A stretch of DNA of 64,000 bases. Source: an uncultured Halobacteriales archaeon. GTDB taxonomy: Archaea; Thermoplasmatota; E2; JACPAO01; JAHWKR01. Positions within the stretch are counted from its first letter, which is position 1; each line of letters begins with the position of its first letter. Shown here in pieces: positions 29,502-39,702 of the stretch. Both the position numbers and the translations under genes were made by a program. The stretch spans positions 525 to 64,524 of the forward strand of contig CAYVRY010000001.1 of the NCBI GenBank assembly GCA_964452895.1. The letters are read 5' to 3'. Below the pieces are notes generated by a model. That model worked only from the letters and a program-made list of their open reading frames with translations. It did no database searches and was not told the DNA's origin.

Positions 29502-29804
29502 TCACTCGAACATGGCGCCCATGCCTTCGGCGGCGCTTTCCTCTTCTGCGGTGATCGCGTCGGAGACCTTGGCGGCCTGGTCCTTTGGCAGCGCCCGGCC
29601 GATCATTTTGGATTCGAAGAGTTCCTTGGCGCGTTGGACCCCTTCCTCCTGTCCGGCCACGACGACGTAGACGCAGTCTTCCTCCATGCCCAACGCGTTC
29701 GAGTCCCGCGTGGTGATGCTCAACCGGGAGACGATCTCGTCCTGGGTGATTTCCGGAATCTGTGCGGCCTTGGATCGGTCGATCTTGAATACGGTCTCGG
29801 TCAT
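29502..29804 (-). CDS. Small conserved-looking archaeal hypothetical protein
   Basis: DEIVSRLSITTRD..LG and EEESAAEGMGAMF; AGGAG upstream. Confidence 0.8.
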   Translation of the reverse strand: MTETVFKIDRSKAAQIPEITQDEIVSRLSITTRDSNALGMEEDCVYVVVAGQEEGVQRAKELFESKMIGRALPKDQAAKVSDAITAEEESAAEGMGAMFE

Positions 29805-29814
29805 GGATTGGCTC

Positions 29815-30786
29815 CTATACTTTGTTGAGGATGCGGATCTCGACGGTCACGGGACGCCCGATGGTCTCGGGTTCCATACTCTCGTGGTACATCAAGGAGA
29901 CCCGCTCCTCGGTGACCTGTTCGACGTGATAGCTGCCGGGCTGGAACCCCGCCTGGAGCAGCGGGTCCTCGCCGCCAATGGTGAAGATCGCCCCTTCCTC
30001 GAAATCCACCCGGTAATGAAGCTGGGTCTCGTCTTCGCTCAAGACCACGGTGACCCCGCCCGGGATCCCTTCCACGTCGAAGAACTCGCCGTCCTGCACG
30101 GTATGCCGGAACAAGACGCTGCGGTTGCCGCGGTTGACGTCCTCGAACACGATGTCCCAGCTCGGTGGGAACACCTGGTCCGCGTTGAACACGGTGCCGT
30201 TCTCCACGGGCCCGATCGCCTGCTCCAGTTCGTCAAGACTGAACTGCTGGTTGCCTTCCCGGCCTTCTTGTTCGGCCGCGGCGGGTTCCTGCAGGAAGAT
30301 CGTCCGCTGGAAAGGTTCCGGCCCGAGCATGCGCTGCAGGCCGTCCGGCGGGAAGGGTTCCCAGTCCTCGGTGCCTGCGGTGGTCACCCGGACCATCCGG
30401 CCGACGGTTGAATTGAGCACGGCCTGTTCCACCTCCGCACCCCAACCCAGTCCAGGGTTGGCCGGGTCCAGCGTGGCCCGTTGCGGCCCGTAGTCCGCTT
30501 CTTCCCCGGCCGCGAAACCCTCCTTCTGCTGGGCCCGCTGGGCCACATTGTAGATCGTGGTGTCGAGCAGGGTCCCTTCCTCGCTGGTCACTGTATAGTG
30601 GTACTCGATCCGGTCGCCGTCTTCCAGCTGCAGTCCGTCCAGCTGCTTCTGGCTGTCCACGATCGTCAAGCCGACATTCACGAGCATGAAACCCAGGAAC
30701 AAAACCCCCACCACGGTGAGTAGGGTGACGCGGGGACCGCTGGGCCGGGTGCGGCGGGATTCCGGGAGATTATAAAGGTCAGGCAT
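29815..30786 (-). CDS. Membrane-anchored protein with degenerate FKBP-like domain
   Basis: N-terminal TM; DGDRIEYHYT...GTLLDTT and C-terminal L/IG..V.VEIRIL resemble split FKBP halves. Confidence 0.6.
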   Translation of the reverse strand: MPDLYNLPESRRTRPSGPRVTLLTVVGVLFLGFMLVNVGLTIVDSQKQLDGLQLEDGDRIEYHYTVTSEEGTLLDTTIYNVAQRAQQKEGFAAGEEADYGPQRATLDPANPGLGWGAEVEQAVLNSTVGRMVRVTTAGTEDWEPFPPDGLQRMLGPEPFQRTIFLQEPAAAEQEGREGNQQFSLDELEQAIGPVENGTVFNADQVFPPSWDIVFEDVNRGNRSVLFRHTVQDGEFFDVEGIPGGVTVVLSEDETQLHYRVDFEEGAIFTIGGEDPLLQAGFQPGSYHVEQVTEERVSLMYHESMEPETIGRPVTVEIRILNKV

Positions 30787-30895
30787 GCCGGATGGCCCGC
30801 GAGCCCCTTGCCTTTTTTTAAACTACCGCCGTAGGCGAGCCCCGCCCGCCTATGGAGCGTCATTCGTCACCCGGTTTGAACAACGGAAGGGCCGC

Positions 30896-32143
30896 TCAGA
30901 CGGTCCCGCTTTTCTCCATGAACCGCCCCAGTCGTTTCATCGCCTCGGCGAGCACCTCTTCCTGCGGCAGGAAGACCACGCGGAAGTGGTCCTTGCCGTA
31001 TTGTTTCCCGAATCCGGACCCGTGAACGCTCAAGACGTGCTCTTTCTCCAGGAAGTCCAGGACGAATTCCTTGTCGTTTTTCCATGGGGTCTTCTCGCCG
31101 TCGGCCAGCGGGTCGATCCGGGGGAACGCGTAGAACGCGCCTTCGGGGCGGGCGCACGAGACGCCGGGGGTCTCGTTGAGGCCTTTGACGATCACGTCCC
31201 GCCGCGTGCGCAGTTTCTCCATGGTGGCCTGCACGTGGTCTTGCGGCCCGGTGAGTGCGGCGAGCGCGGCGCGCTGCGCGATCGTGGACGGGCAGAGACG
31301 GTTGCGGGCGGTGCGCATGAAGCCGTCGAGGATCTGCTCGAGGCGTCCTTGCGGGTCGTGGAAGACCGCGTAGCCCATGCGCCAGCCGGTGACCAGGTGG
31401 ACCTTGGAGAAGCCGTTGAGCGCGACCACGCTCTGGTCTTTGGCGACCTTCGCGGTGGGCACGTGCTCTCCGTCGAGGGTCATCTCGTCGTAGATCTCGT
31501 CGGAGATCAAGAACAGTTGGTCTTCATGCTCCGCGGCCAGGTCCGCGATCTGTTTCAGCCGCCGTTCGCTGTAGAGGGCGCCGGTGGGGTTGTTCGGGTT
31601 GATCAGACAGATCGCGCGGGTCTTGGGGGTGATCTGTTTGCGCAGGGCGTCCACGTCGGGTTGCCAGCCGTCCTGCTCGTTCGTGGCGTAGCCTATGGGT
31701 CGTCCGTCGAAGTAGTGCGCGAGGCCTTCGTAGGGCGAGTAGGCGGGGTCGGGGATCAGGATCTCGTCGCCCGGCGAAAGGGTCGCGCCGAAGAGCATCT
31801 GCAAGACCTCGGTGACGCCGGTGCCGATGTGGACCTGTTCGGCGCTGGTGGTTTTTCCCGTGCGACGCCCTTCGCGCTCGGCGATGGCGTGTCGCAGCTC
31901 CGGGTCCCCTTCGCTGGGTCCATAGCCGTTGAAGCCGGCCTGGGCGCCTTCGGCGAGCGCTTGCACCATGTGCTCAGGGACCGGGAAGTCGAAGGGTCCC
32001 GGGTCTCCGATGTTCAGTTTGAGCACCTTGTGGCCTTGCTTCTCGATCTCTCGTGCTGGTATGACCACGTCGCGGATCGCGTATTCCAGTTCGGCGGCAC
32101 GTCGGGCCGCGGGGTAGGGTCTGACGATTTGTTTCTCTTGCAC
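30896..32143 (-). CDS. Class I/II PLP aminotransferase (AlaA-like alanine aminotransferase)
   Basis: LEYAIRD, LNIGDP, INPNNPTG, SDEIYD, NGFSK...TGWRMGY, HFRVVFLP. Confidence 0.9.
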   Translation of the reverse strand: MQEKQIVRPYPAARRAAELEYAIRDVVIPAREIEKQGHKVLKLNIGDPGPFDFPVPEHMVQALAEGAQAGFNGYGPSEGDPELRHAIAEREGRRTGKTTSAEQVHIGTGVTEVLQMLFGATLSPGDEILIPDPAYSPYEGLAHYFDGRPIGYATNEQDGWQPDVDALRKQITPKTRAICLINPNNPTGALYSERRLKQIADLAAEHEDQLFLISDEIYDEMTLDGEHVPTAKVAKDQSVVALNGFSKVHLVTGWRMGYAVFHDPQGRLEQILDGFMRTARNRLCPSTIAQRAALAALTGPQDHVQATMEKLRTRRDVIVKGLNETPGVSCARPEGAFYAFPRIDPLADGEKTPWKNDKEFVLDFLEKEHVLSVHGSGFGKQYGKDHFRVVFLPQEEVLAEAMKRLGRFMEKSGTV

Positions 32144-32304
32144 GGGGTGTGGCCTCCAGGGGTGCCCGGTCGGTGGATTCCCGGGACATCCACGGGCTAC
32201 GAAAGGGTATCGCAGGGGCCTTGACGGGCGGGGGACCAGCGCATGGGCGCGTTGGAACCGGGCAGACCGGCGTTTCGGTGGCGTCGTCGTGGCGGGGACT
32301 GTGC

Positions 32305-33066
32305 TCACGACTCGGTCCGGTCGCGGGCCAGGTAGGCGATCACGGTGGCGATCACGGCGAGCAGTGCACCGACCCAGACCACGGCGGGGAGGAAGCGGCT
32401 GGTCTCGCTCGGTGCCCGCTCGGTCAGTTGCATGCTGATCGCGGTGATCAGGATGAGCAGCGTCCCGGCTGCGAAGGCGCCGGCCACGGCGATGTGCTCC
32501 CAGCGCAGCAGGCGACGGCGTACGACGGTGAGTTCATTGCGGGGGACGCCTCGTTCGGCGAGCAGGGCGATGTGATGGTGGGCGGATTGTTGGGCCATGA
32601 GCAGCACGCCGCACAAGACCAGTGCGAGACCGGCGATGCTGCGCACGAGCGGCACGGGTCCCGATTCCACGCGGAAGGCGACGCCGCCTGCGAAGGCGAC
32701 CCAGTTGAGTCGGGCCACTTCCAGCACGCCGGTGGTCGCCAGCACGGTGGCGAGGCCGACCCATAGGATGAGCGGCGCCCGGTACCGGGTGAGCGCGAGG
32801 GGGATCCCCAGGACGAGGGGCAGGGTCAAGGGGATCAGGTAGCGGGTGGGAAGGGGGAACCCCCAGGGGGTCTCCAACTCGGGGATCGCGTCCAAGAGCG
32901 GTTCCATGATCGGGGAGCGCCAGCTGACCAGCAGGAGCGCGATGCCTGCGACGATGAGCACGCGGAGTTGGTGCAGTGTGTGTTGGGCTCGCCAGGCGGG
33001 TGGCAGTTGGGCAGCGGGGATCGTCTCTTTGGGGTCCGCTTGTGTGTTTTTTGCGTAGGGGTTCAT
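32305..33066 (-). CDS. Hypothetical multi-pass membrane protein
   Basis: About six TM helices; ATGA overlap with the DUF58 gene. Confidence 0.7.
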   Translation of the reverse strand: MNPYAKNTQADPKETIPAAQLPPAWRAQHTLHQLRVLIVAGIALLLVSWRSPIMEPLLDAIPELETPWGFPLPTRYLIPLTLPLVLGIPLALTRYRAPLILWVGLATVLATTGVLEVARLNWVAFAGGVAFRVESGPVPLVRSIAGLALVLCGVLLMAQQSAHHHIALLAERGVPRNELTVVRRRLLRWEHIAVAGAFAAGTLLILITAISMQLTERAPSETSRFLPAVVWVGALLAVIATVIAYLARDRTES

Positions 33067-34364
33067 TTCGCGACCACCTCCCGTACGATCAATCGTTCCA
33101 GGGGCGTCCGTGCGGGGTCCCAGTCGATCACGCGCACGCCGCGCCGGCGGATGTCCTGGTATGCGGCGCGGGCGGCGGTCTGCAAGACGGCGGCGGTGAT
33201 GGGGTGATGGCCGCTTGCCAGGGTGTGTGCGACGGGTGTGGGGGCGATGAGCAGGATCGGTACGCTGCGCGCGCCGTGCCCGGTGATGGAGCGGATCTGG
33301 GACAAACCGCGGCGCGTGGCGGCGGGGTCGTGTTCGGGTCGGGTGACGAGCAGGACGAGGGGGCGTTCGCGAAGCAGGAACCCGCGCGAGGCGAGAACGG
33401 CGCGGTCCAGCGGGTCGCCGCCCGGATGGGCGGTGAGCGTGGCGAGCGCGCGGGTGAGCCGGCCCAGTTGGCGCGTGCCGACGTCCGGGTAGTAGATGCG
33501 GGTCTCTTTCTGGTGGTAGATCGTGGCGCCGACGCGGTAGCCCCGGTCGAGGAAATGGGAGAGCACGCCGAGGGATCCTTCCAGGGCGTGGTCGAGGGCG
33601 TTCTCGCGTGTGGAGCCCACCTCCATGTGGGCTCCGCCGTCAAGAAAGAGCCATACGCTCTGGCGGCCTTCCGGGACGAATTCGTTGACCATCAGCCGCA
33701 TGTGGTCGTGGCTTTGACGGGCGGTGGCTTTCCAGTTCACGCTGCGCAGGGGGTCGCCGATGTGGTACGGGCGGACTTCTTCGAAGTCGTTCCCGCGCGC
33801 ACCGAGCATGGCGCTGTCGCCGGCGGGTTTCAGGGTGATACCGTGCCCGCGCATGTGGCGCAGGCGCGGGACGCGGCGCACGCGCGGTTCCACGGCGACC
33901 TGGACGTCTTCGCTGAGTTTGCGGGTTTCGCCGGTCTTGAGACGAAGCGGGGAGAGCGCGTGCATTTGGACTCCGCCGAGCGTGGCCGGGCCGCGCGTGT
34001 CCGCGCGCAGGTCGAACCGCAGCCGGGCCCGCAGCGGGCGTGGTCCTTTCCAAAGCAGGTGCAGGTTGGACCCCTTGGCCAGTTGCAGGCGCTCCGGCAG
34101 CGGGATGTGCACCAAGATGGGCCCGACGCCGGAGCGTACATCCAGTTCCACTTGGACGCGCACCGTGTCGCCGATGCGCAGGTGGTTCCGGTCGACGTGC
34201 AAGCGGCCGGTGGCCCCATGGGGAGGCTTGGTGGTGAGCGCGTAGGCGAGCACCCCGCCGACGCTCAGGCCCCACACGATGAGCGGTGCGAGGCCGAGGC
34301 CGAGGCCGAACGCGACGAGCAGGGTCGCAAGAAGCAGGATCACCATGGCACGATGGGCGATCAC
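33063..34364 (-). CDS. DUF58 domain protein (vWA-like, normally MoxR-associated)
   Basis: FEEVRPYHIGDPLRSVNWKATAR, MVNEF, LFLDG..M, GYRVG. Confidence 0.88.
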   Translation of the reverse strand: MIAHRAMVILLLATLLVAFGLGLGLAPLIVWGLSVGGVLAYALTTKPPHGATGRLHVDRNHLRIGDTVRVQVELDVRSGVGPILVHIPLPERLQLAKGSNLHLLWKGPRPLRARLRFDLRADTRGPATLGGVQMHALSPLRLKTGETRKLSEDVQVAVEPRVRRVPRLRHMRGHGITLKPAGDSAMLGARGNDFEEVRPYHIGDPLRSVNWKATARQSHDHMRLMVNEFVPEGRQSVWLFLDGGAHMEVGSTRENALDHALEGSLGVLSHFLDRGYRVGATIYHQKETRIYYPDVGTRQLGRLTRALATLTAHPGGDPLDRAVLASRGFLLRERPLVLLVTRPEHDPAATRRGLSQIRSITGHGARSVPILLIAPTPVAHTLASGHHPITAAVLQTAARAAYQDIRRRGVRVIDWDPARTPLERLIVREVVAK

Positions 34365-35587
34365 GTCCGGACCTCCGCGTTGAGTAGTCCGTCGCGCAGC
34401 AGCTTGACGAGGCCTTGTTCGCGCGCGCGACGGGCCCAGGGCCAGCGGGGCAATCTGCGCAGGTGGTCTTCGATCCGTTTCGTGCTGGCCTCCTCATCGG
34501 CTTCCTGCAGGAGGAGTGCGATCTGTTCGGCGAGGTCCTTGCGGGCAGCGCCCAGGCTCAGGAACCGTTCGATGGCGTCGTCCAGGCGATGCAGGCGTTC
34601 ATCGGGGATCGTGGCGATGCGGCTTTCGTGCCGGCGCATGGCGACTGGACCGGGGAGGGCGCGGGGATGCGCGGTGCCGCCGCGCGCCATGAGCGCGCGG
34701 GAGACCAGGGGGAGGGACGCCACGAGCGCGGCCCAGGCGATGGGCGCGGTGAGCGGGAGCCCGGGCGCGACCACGAGCAGGATGACGAGCAGGCCTCCCA
34801 GTGTGACGATCAGGGTGAGCATCCCACCGGGCGGTTGCACGGTGCCGGCGGGCAGGTCCAGGGGCGCCGTGTGTCCGGGGGCCGCGGCCGCGGTCGTCTC
34901 GGTATGTTCTGCCTGCTGCCGGGCTTGTCGGACGGACCAGGGTGGGGCCAGCAGGTGGACGGCCGAAAGCGGCAGGGCCGCCGCGGCGAGCAGGATCGGG
35001 CCGGGGTCGTTCCAGACGAGGATGACGATGAGCAGGCTGGCGCTGGCCGCAATCCATGCACCGGCGGCGACGATCCGTCGTGCGGGGGCGCCCAATGCGG
35101 CCGCGTGGCGCGCGACGACGAGCGTCGCAAGCGGTGCAGCGAGCAACAGCGGGAAGATGGCGAGTGCGGCGAGCCGGGGCGCATCGAGAAGCGGGACCAG
35201 GAGCCACCAGAAGAGACCCGCGTGGGCGAGTGCCTTGGCGCCCCGTGCGACGAGTTCGGATTCCCAGGTGAGCGGGTTCCATGTGCGCGCGAGCACGCCG
35301 AAGAGGATCAAGGACCCGTAGATCAAGAGGCCGATCCGGCTGGACGCGGCGCCGAAGTGGTCTTGCCAGAACGGCGTGGCATCAAGTAGCGGCGCGAAGA
35401 TGAATGCGGCGGTGAAGAGGGCAGCGAGCACAGCCAGCGAGACGACGGCGCCTTGGCGGGCGTCGTTGCGGTCGCGCGGGTCGTGCGCGCTCTGGCGCGT
35501 TCGGGGTCGCGGGCCCTTTTGTGCGTCCCCGGGGTACCGGCCGGCCGGGTCGAAGCCGTTTTTCATCACGCCTTCATCCCGCGTCAT
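34361..35587 (-). CDS. Hypothetical multi-pass membrane protein
   Basis: About eight TM helices plus a soluble helical C-terminus; GTGA overlap with the DUF58 gene. Confidence 0.7.
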   Translation of the reverse strand: MTRDEGVMKNGFDPAGRYPGDAQKGPRPRTRQSAHDPRDRNDARQGAVVSLAVLAALFTAAFIFAPLLDATPFWQDHFGAASSRIGLLIYGSLILFGVLARTWNPLTWESELVARGAKALAHAGLFWWLLVPLLDAPRLAALAIFPLLLAAPLATLVVARHAAALGAPARRIVAAGAWIAASASLLIVILVWNDPGPILLAAAALPLSAVHLLAPPWSVRQARQQAEHTETTAAAAPGHTAPLDLPAGTVQPPGGMLTLIVTLGGLLVILLVVAPGLPLTAPIAWAALVASLPLVSRALMARGGTAHPRALPGPVAMRRHESRIATIPDERLHRLDDAIERFLSLGAARKDLAEQIALLLQEADEEASTKRIEDHLRRLPRWPWARRAREQGLVKLLRDGLLNAEVRT

Positions 35588-36602
35588 GGCTTGTGGGGCG
35601 ACCGAGTAGCTGGAGTTCCATTTGTTGGGAGGTGGGGCTGGCGGACGGGTTGTATTCCACGTGCAGGGTCAGGTTGCCGGGGGGGATCGGTGCGGGGTCC
35701 TGGTGGTCGATCAGGCTGAGCGGGGCGCTGGAGGTACCGCTTGATTGGGCAGGTTCGCAGTCGCTCTCGGCTTCCGGGTCCTCTTTGGGCACCCAGCAGA
35801 TCAATTGGCCTTCTTCCTCGTGGTAGAGTGTCGCCTGCCATCCCGGGTTGAGCAGGCCTCCTCGCTCGATCTCAAGGCTCAGGTTCTGGTAGTGGGCTTT
35901 CAGTTCGATGTACACGGTCTTCTCGTCGTTGTTCGTCCCTTCGAAGCGCAAGGTGCGCAGGCGATGGGTGATCGTGGCGATGCAGTCTCCGTCGTAGGTC
36001 TCCACGAACCCCGGGGCGCAGGTCGGGGTGGGCACCGGCTCGATGGGGGGGCAGTGGTCCCCGCGCGTTGGGTTGTCTTCGTGGCATTCCGGGTCGATGA
36101 CGCATTCGCCTTCGCCGTCGTCGAAGATCTGCCCGGTGGGACACTCCTCGATGGGTGCGCAGTCCGTCGCGGTCCCGTTGGCTGCAGGCTCGTTATCGCC
36201 GTCCGGGCAGGGGAGGGGTCCATCCGGACAATCGGGGTCCAGGGGGGTCGCTTCGCAGTCCGGTGCCACTTCGTCGCAGACGCTTTCGTCCCGGAACTGC
36301 TCCTGGGTCTCTTCGCACCCGTCCGGCCAGACCAGGATCACGCGACCGTCGGCGTCGACGCGGTAACCGACGTCGTCCGGGATGTTCAGGTCCGAGTCCG
36401 GGCGGATGATGAGCCAATCCACGATCATGGGGGGAAGGAATGCCTCGACGCGTTCGAGCAGCGGAAAATCGTTGAGGGTCTGGGGCTCGTCGAGCGCTTC
36501 GAACTCGAGCAGGCTCGCGTCCCGTACGGTGGCGAGCACCGGGCCGGCGCTGGCGGCCACGAGGAGGGCGGCCACGGCGTAGACGGTGAGCGCGTGCCCC
36601 AT
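35574..36602 (-). CDS. Secreted/anchored Cys- and Asp/Glu/Pro-rich protein
   Basis: Hydrophobic N-terminus, 14 Cys mostly in an acidic central tract; TTATA-like box upstream. Confidence 0.7.
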   Translation of the reverse strand: MGHALTVYAVAALLVAASAGPVLATVRDASLLEFEALDEPQTLNDFPLLERVEAFLPPMIVDWLIIRPDSDLNIPDDVGYRVDADGRVILVWPDGCEETQEQFRDESVCDEVAPDCEATPLDPDCPDGPLPCPDGDNEPAANGTATDCAPIEECPTGQIFDDGEGECVIDPECHEDNPTRGDHCPPIEPVPTPTCAPGFVETYDGDCIATITHRLRTLRFEGTNNDEKTVYIELKAHYQNLSLEIERGGLLNPGWQATLYHEEEGQLICWVPKEDPEAESDCEPAQSSGTSSAPLSLIDHQDPAPIPPGNLTLHVEYNPSASPTSQQMELQLLGRPTSHDAG

Positions 36603-36819
36603 CAATCCGGTCCAGCCGCGATGGAGCCTATAATACTTGTTGGGGATGTCGTCGAAATGCCGCCCCCGGCCGTGTGGAAACCGTACAGTGTGCGCTTTCA
36701 GGCCCTGGGGACCGACGGGGCCTGCCTTGCGGGTGCCGGCCGGTGCGGGCGCCCCCATGCGCGAGCGCAGTCCGGGCACAAGGGCTTATAGGGAGGCGGT
36801 CCTGGCGCAGCGCGAATCC

Positions 36820-38103
36820 ATGTCGATTGAATTGGTCTTGGGGACCCAGTGGGGCGATGAGGGGAAAGGGAAGGTGGTGGATATCCTGGCCGAGCGCGCC
36901 GGGATGATCGTGCGTTTCCAGGGCGGGAACAACGCCGGTCATACGATTGTTGTGGGGGAAGAGACGTTCAAGTTGCACCATCTGCCCAGTGGCGTGGTGC
37001 GCGGGAAGACGGCGGTGATCGGCAACGGCTGCGTCGTGGATCCGTCCGTCTTGTTCGACGAGCTGGACAAGCTGGAAGCGCGCGGCATCACACCGGACCT
37101 GGTGGTCTCGGACCGCGCGCACGTGATCACTCCGCTTCACCGTCTGCTCGACGGTGCGGAGGAGGAGTCGCGCGGTGCCGGGAAGGTGGGCACGACGAAG
37201 CGCGGGATCGGCCCCACGTACGCCGACAAGATGACGCGCAGCGGGATCCGGGTGGGGGACCTGCTTCGTCCCGAGCGGCTGCAAAAGCGGGTCGCTTCCT
37301 TGGTGCAGCAGCGCAACCGCTACCTGGAGGCTTTGGGCTCCGGGGAGCGCGTGGACGCAGCACACATGACCGAGGAGCTTCTGGAGACGGGGAAACGGTT
37401 GCGGCCGTACATCCGGGACACCGTGGTGTACCTCCAGGATGCGGCGAAGTCCGGGGAGAACATCCTGTTGGAGGGTGCCCAGGGTTGTATGTTGGACATC
37501 GATTTCGGCACGTGGCCCTTTGTCACGTCGTCGAACACGACGGCGGGCGCGGTGGCCACGGGCACGGGCTTGCACCCCCGCTCGGTGGACCGGGTCGTGG
37601 GTCTGATGAAGGCGTACACGACGCGCGTGGGCAGCGGCCCGTTCCCCACACAGATCGACACGGCCAAGCCACCGGGCAAGCATCTGCTGGACGTGGGGGA
37701 CGAATACGGCACGACGACGGGCCGACCGAGGCGTTGTGGTTGGCTGGACCTCGTGGTGGTGGGTCACGCGGTGCGCCTTTCGGGCGTGGACACCATGGCG
37801 GTCTCGAAGCTGGACGTCCTTTCCGACCTGGAGCAGGTCTCCTTCGCCGCGCGGTACAACATCAACGGCACGGAGACGGACCGGTTCCCCAGCGACCCGG
37901 ACGATCTGGAGATCGCCGAACCGGTCTACCAGACCATGCCGGGCTGGCGCAAGTCACCCAAGAACGCGGTGATCGAGTCGCTGGAGGATCTGCCCGCCGA
38001 GGCGCAGGATTACCTGGATGCGGTGCACAAGGCCTTGGGCGTCCCGCTCCATTCGGTAGGTTTCGGGCCGCGTCGCGACCAACTGGTCCTGCTCGCTGAA
38101 TGA
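36820..38103 (+). CDS. purA: Adenylosuccinate synthetase
   Basis: GTQWGDEGKGK, RFQGGNNAGHT, GTTKRGIGPTYADK, EGAQG, EYGTTTGRPRRCGWLD. Confidence 0.97.
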   Translation: MSIELVLGTQWGDEGKGKVVDILAERAGMIVRFQGGNNAGHTIVVGEETFKLHHLPSGVVRGKTAVIGNGCVVDPSVLFDELDKLEARGITPDLVVSDRAHVITPLHRLLDGAEEESRGAGKVGTTKRGIGPTYADKMTRSGIRVGDLLRPERLQKRVASLVQQRNRYLEALGSGERVDAAHMTEELLETGKRLRPYIRDTVVYLQDAAKSGENILLEGAQGCMLDIDFGTWPFVTSSNTTAGAVATGTGLHPRSVDRVVGLMKAYTTRVGSGPFPTQIDTAKPPGKHLLDVGDEYGTTTGRPRRCGWLDLVVVGHAVRLSGVDTMAVSKLDVLSDLEQVSFAARYNINGTETDRFPSDPDDLEIAEPVYQTMPGWRKSPKNAVIESLEDLPAEAQDYLDAVHKALGVPLHSVGFGPRRDQLVLLAE

Positions 38104-38244
38104 GGGGCCTGCCGATTCGGGGTGGCTCGCATGATCCGTCGACGATCGAAGAAAAAAAGCACGGCAAAAAGGGAACAGGGCCTATATACCCTCCTCGCCG
38201 CCGGGCCAAAGGATATATAACACCGCCCGGCTGAGCCGAATCCT

Positions 38245-38670
38245 ATGTCCGTCAAAGAAGGTGACAAGGTCGCCATCCAGTACACGGGGCGCCTTGAGGA
38301 CGGCACCGTTTTCGACTCGAACGTGGGGGACAAACCCTTGGAGTTCACCGTCGGAAGCGGTGAAGTGATCGATGGGTTCGACAAGGCCGTGCGCGGCCTG
38401 GCCCCCGGCAAGCCCACGCAGTTCAAGCTTCCTCCAGAGGAAGCCTACGGGAGCCGGGATGAAGAACTCGTGATCCCCGTCAAGAAGGAGATCTTCGGTG
38501 AGCAACAGCCGGAAACCGGCATGGATGTCGCGCTCAAGGGCCAAGACGGTACCGTGTTCAACGGCCGCGTCGAGAAGGTCGAGGACGAGCAGGTCATGGT
38601 GGACCTGAACCATCCGCTCGCCGGTCAGGCCCTGGAGTTCGAAGTCGAAGTCGTCGACGTGAACAACTAA
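38245..38670 (+). CDS. FKBP-type peptidyl-prolyl isomerase (short SlyD-like)
   Basis: GDKV..YTGRLEDGTVFDS, PEEAYG, VDLNHPLAG..L.FEVEVV; ATATATAA box upstream. Confidence 0.93.
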   Translation: MSVKEGDKVAIQYTGRLEDGTVFDSNVGDKPLEFTVGSGEVIDGFDKAVRGLAPGKPTQFKLPPEEAYGSRDEELVIPVKKEIFGEQQPETGMDVALKGQDGTVFNGRVEKVEDEQVMVDLNHPLAGQALEFEVEVVDVNN

Positions 38671-38726
38671 AGGCGCTCCTTCGGCCGCTCCTTATTCCTT
38701 CTCATCCTGACGATCTTCCCAGGGAC

Positions 38727-39497
38727 TCAACGCCGGCTGTCCGTTTCCAGCATGTCGCCGAGTCCGTCCAGCGTGAATTCGACACGTGTTTTCCCCTTCC
38801 CTTTTGATTTGGTCCCGAGCATGCGCAGCCGACCGATCTCCTTGGTGTTCTCCACGTGGGTCCCTGCGCAGGGGCACAGGTCGGTCTTGTCGATCTCCAC
38901 GATCCGCAGGCGCGGGATGTGCGCCGGTACCAGGTCCAGGTTCGAACGTTCCGGGTCCACCCGGGCGAGCAGGTTCTCCCTGGCTTCCTCGTAGGCGGTG
39001 ACCCGTCGGCCCGCGTTGAAGACCTGGTTCGCGTCCTCTTCGAGTTGGGTGAGGTCCGTGGGGTCCAGGCGGTCGAGACCGAGGTCGATCCGGCTCTTGT
39101 CGTGATGGATCTGGTTGCCTACGGTGCGCGCGCGGCCGAAGAGCTCGTACGCCAGCGCCGTCACGATGTGCTGCGCGGTGTGCATGCGCATGTGGGCGAG
39201 GCGTCGGTCCCAGTCCACTTCCCCGGTGACCTGCTGGACGCCTTCTGGAAGCGGTGATTCCAGCCAGTGCAGCACCTCGTCGCCTTTTTTCTGCACGCGT
39301 TTGACGCGCACCTCCCCCGGCACGCCCTGGGGGTCCAGGAAGCGAAGCACCCCCGTGTCGTGTTCCTGTCCGCCGCCCGTGGGATAGAAGGCGGTGCGGT
39401 CCAAGACGATGTAATCCGTTTCCCGGCGCAGGGGGCGGGCGTCGAAGGTGCGCTGATAGCCGGCCGGGATGCCGGCCATATGGATCTGTTCGGTCAT
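38727..39497 (-). CDS. alaXM: Alanyl-tRNA editing protein AlaX-M
   Basis: LDRTAFYPTGGGQEHDTG, MRMHTAQH (HxxxH), CAGTH (CxxxH). Confidence 0.9.
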   Translation of the reverse strand: MTEQIHMAGIPAGYQRTFDARPLRRETDYIVLDRTAFYPTGGGQEHDTGVLRFLDPQGVPGEVRVKRVQKKGDEVLHWLESPLPEGVQQVTGEVDWDRRLAHMRMHTAQHIVTALAYELFGRARTVGNQIHHDKSRIDLGLDRLDPTDLTQLEEDANQVFNAGRRVTAYEEARENLLARVDPERSNLDLVPAHIPRLRIVEIDKTDLCPCAGTHVENTKEIGRLRMLGTKSKGKGKTRVEFTLDGLGDMLETDSRR

Positions 39498-39615
39498 GAC
39501 GGGTCCCGTTCTCGCGTGCCCCTGCAACGCGCAGGGGGCCTATAAATCTGGCCTCGTGACGGGCCCGGGGATCGGTCCACGAGCTCGTTGGGGGCTTGGG
39601 TGTTGAAGCGGCCGG

Positions 39616-39660
39616 CAAAAAACATGGACGCAAGAGGGGGAAAAGGGGGGGAGAGTGAGG
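39616..39660 (-). terminator. Polypyrimidine/oligo-T terminator of the PKD lipoprotein gene
   Basis: Minus strand reads as C/T tracts ending in a T6 run, downstream of stop 39703. Confidence 0.45.
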
Positions 39661-39702
39661 ATGAATGCGGCTGCGCGAGAGGTTTCGGTGGAGCCCGGCG
39701 GT

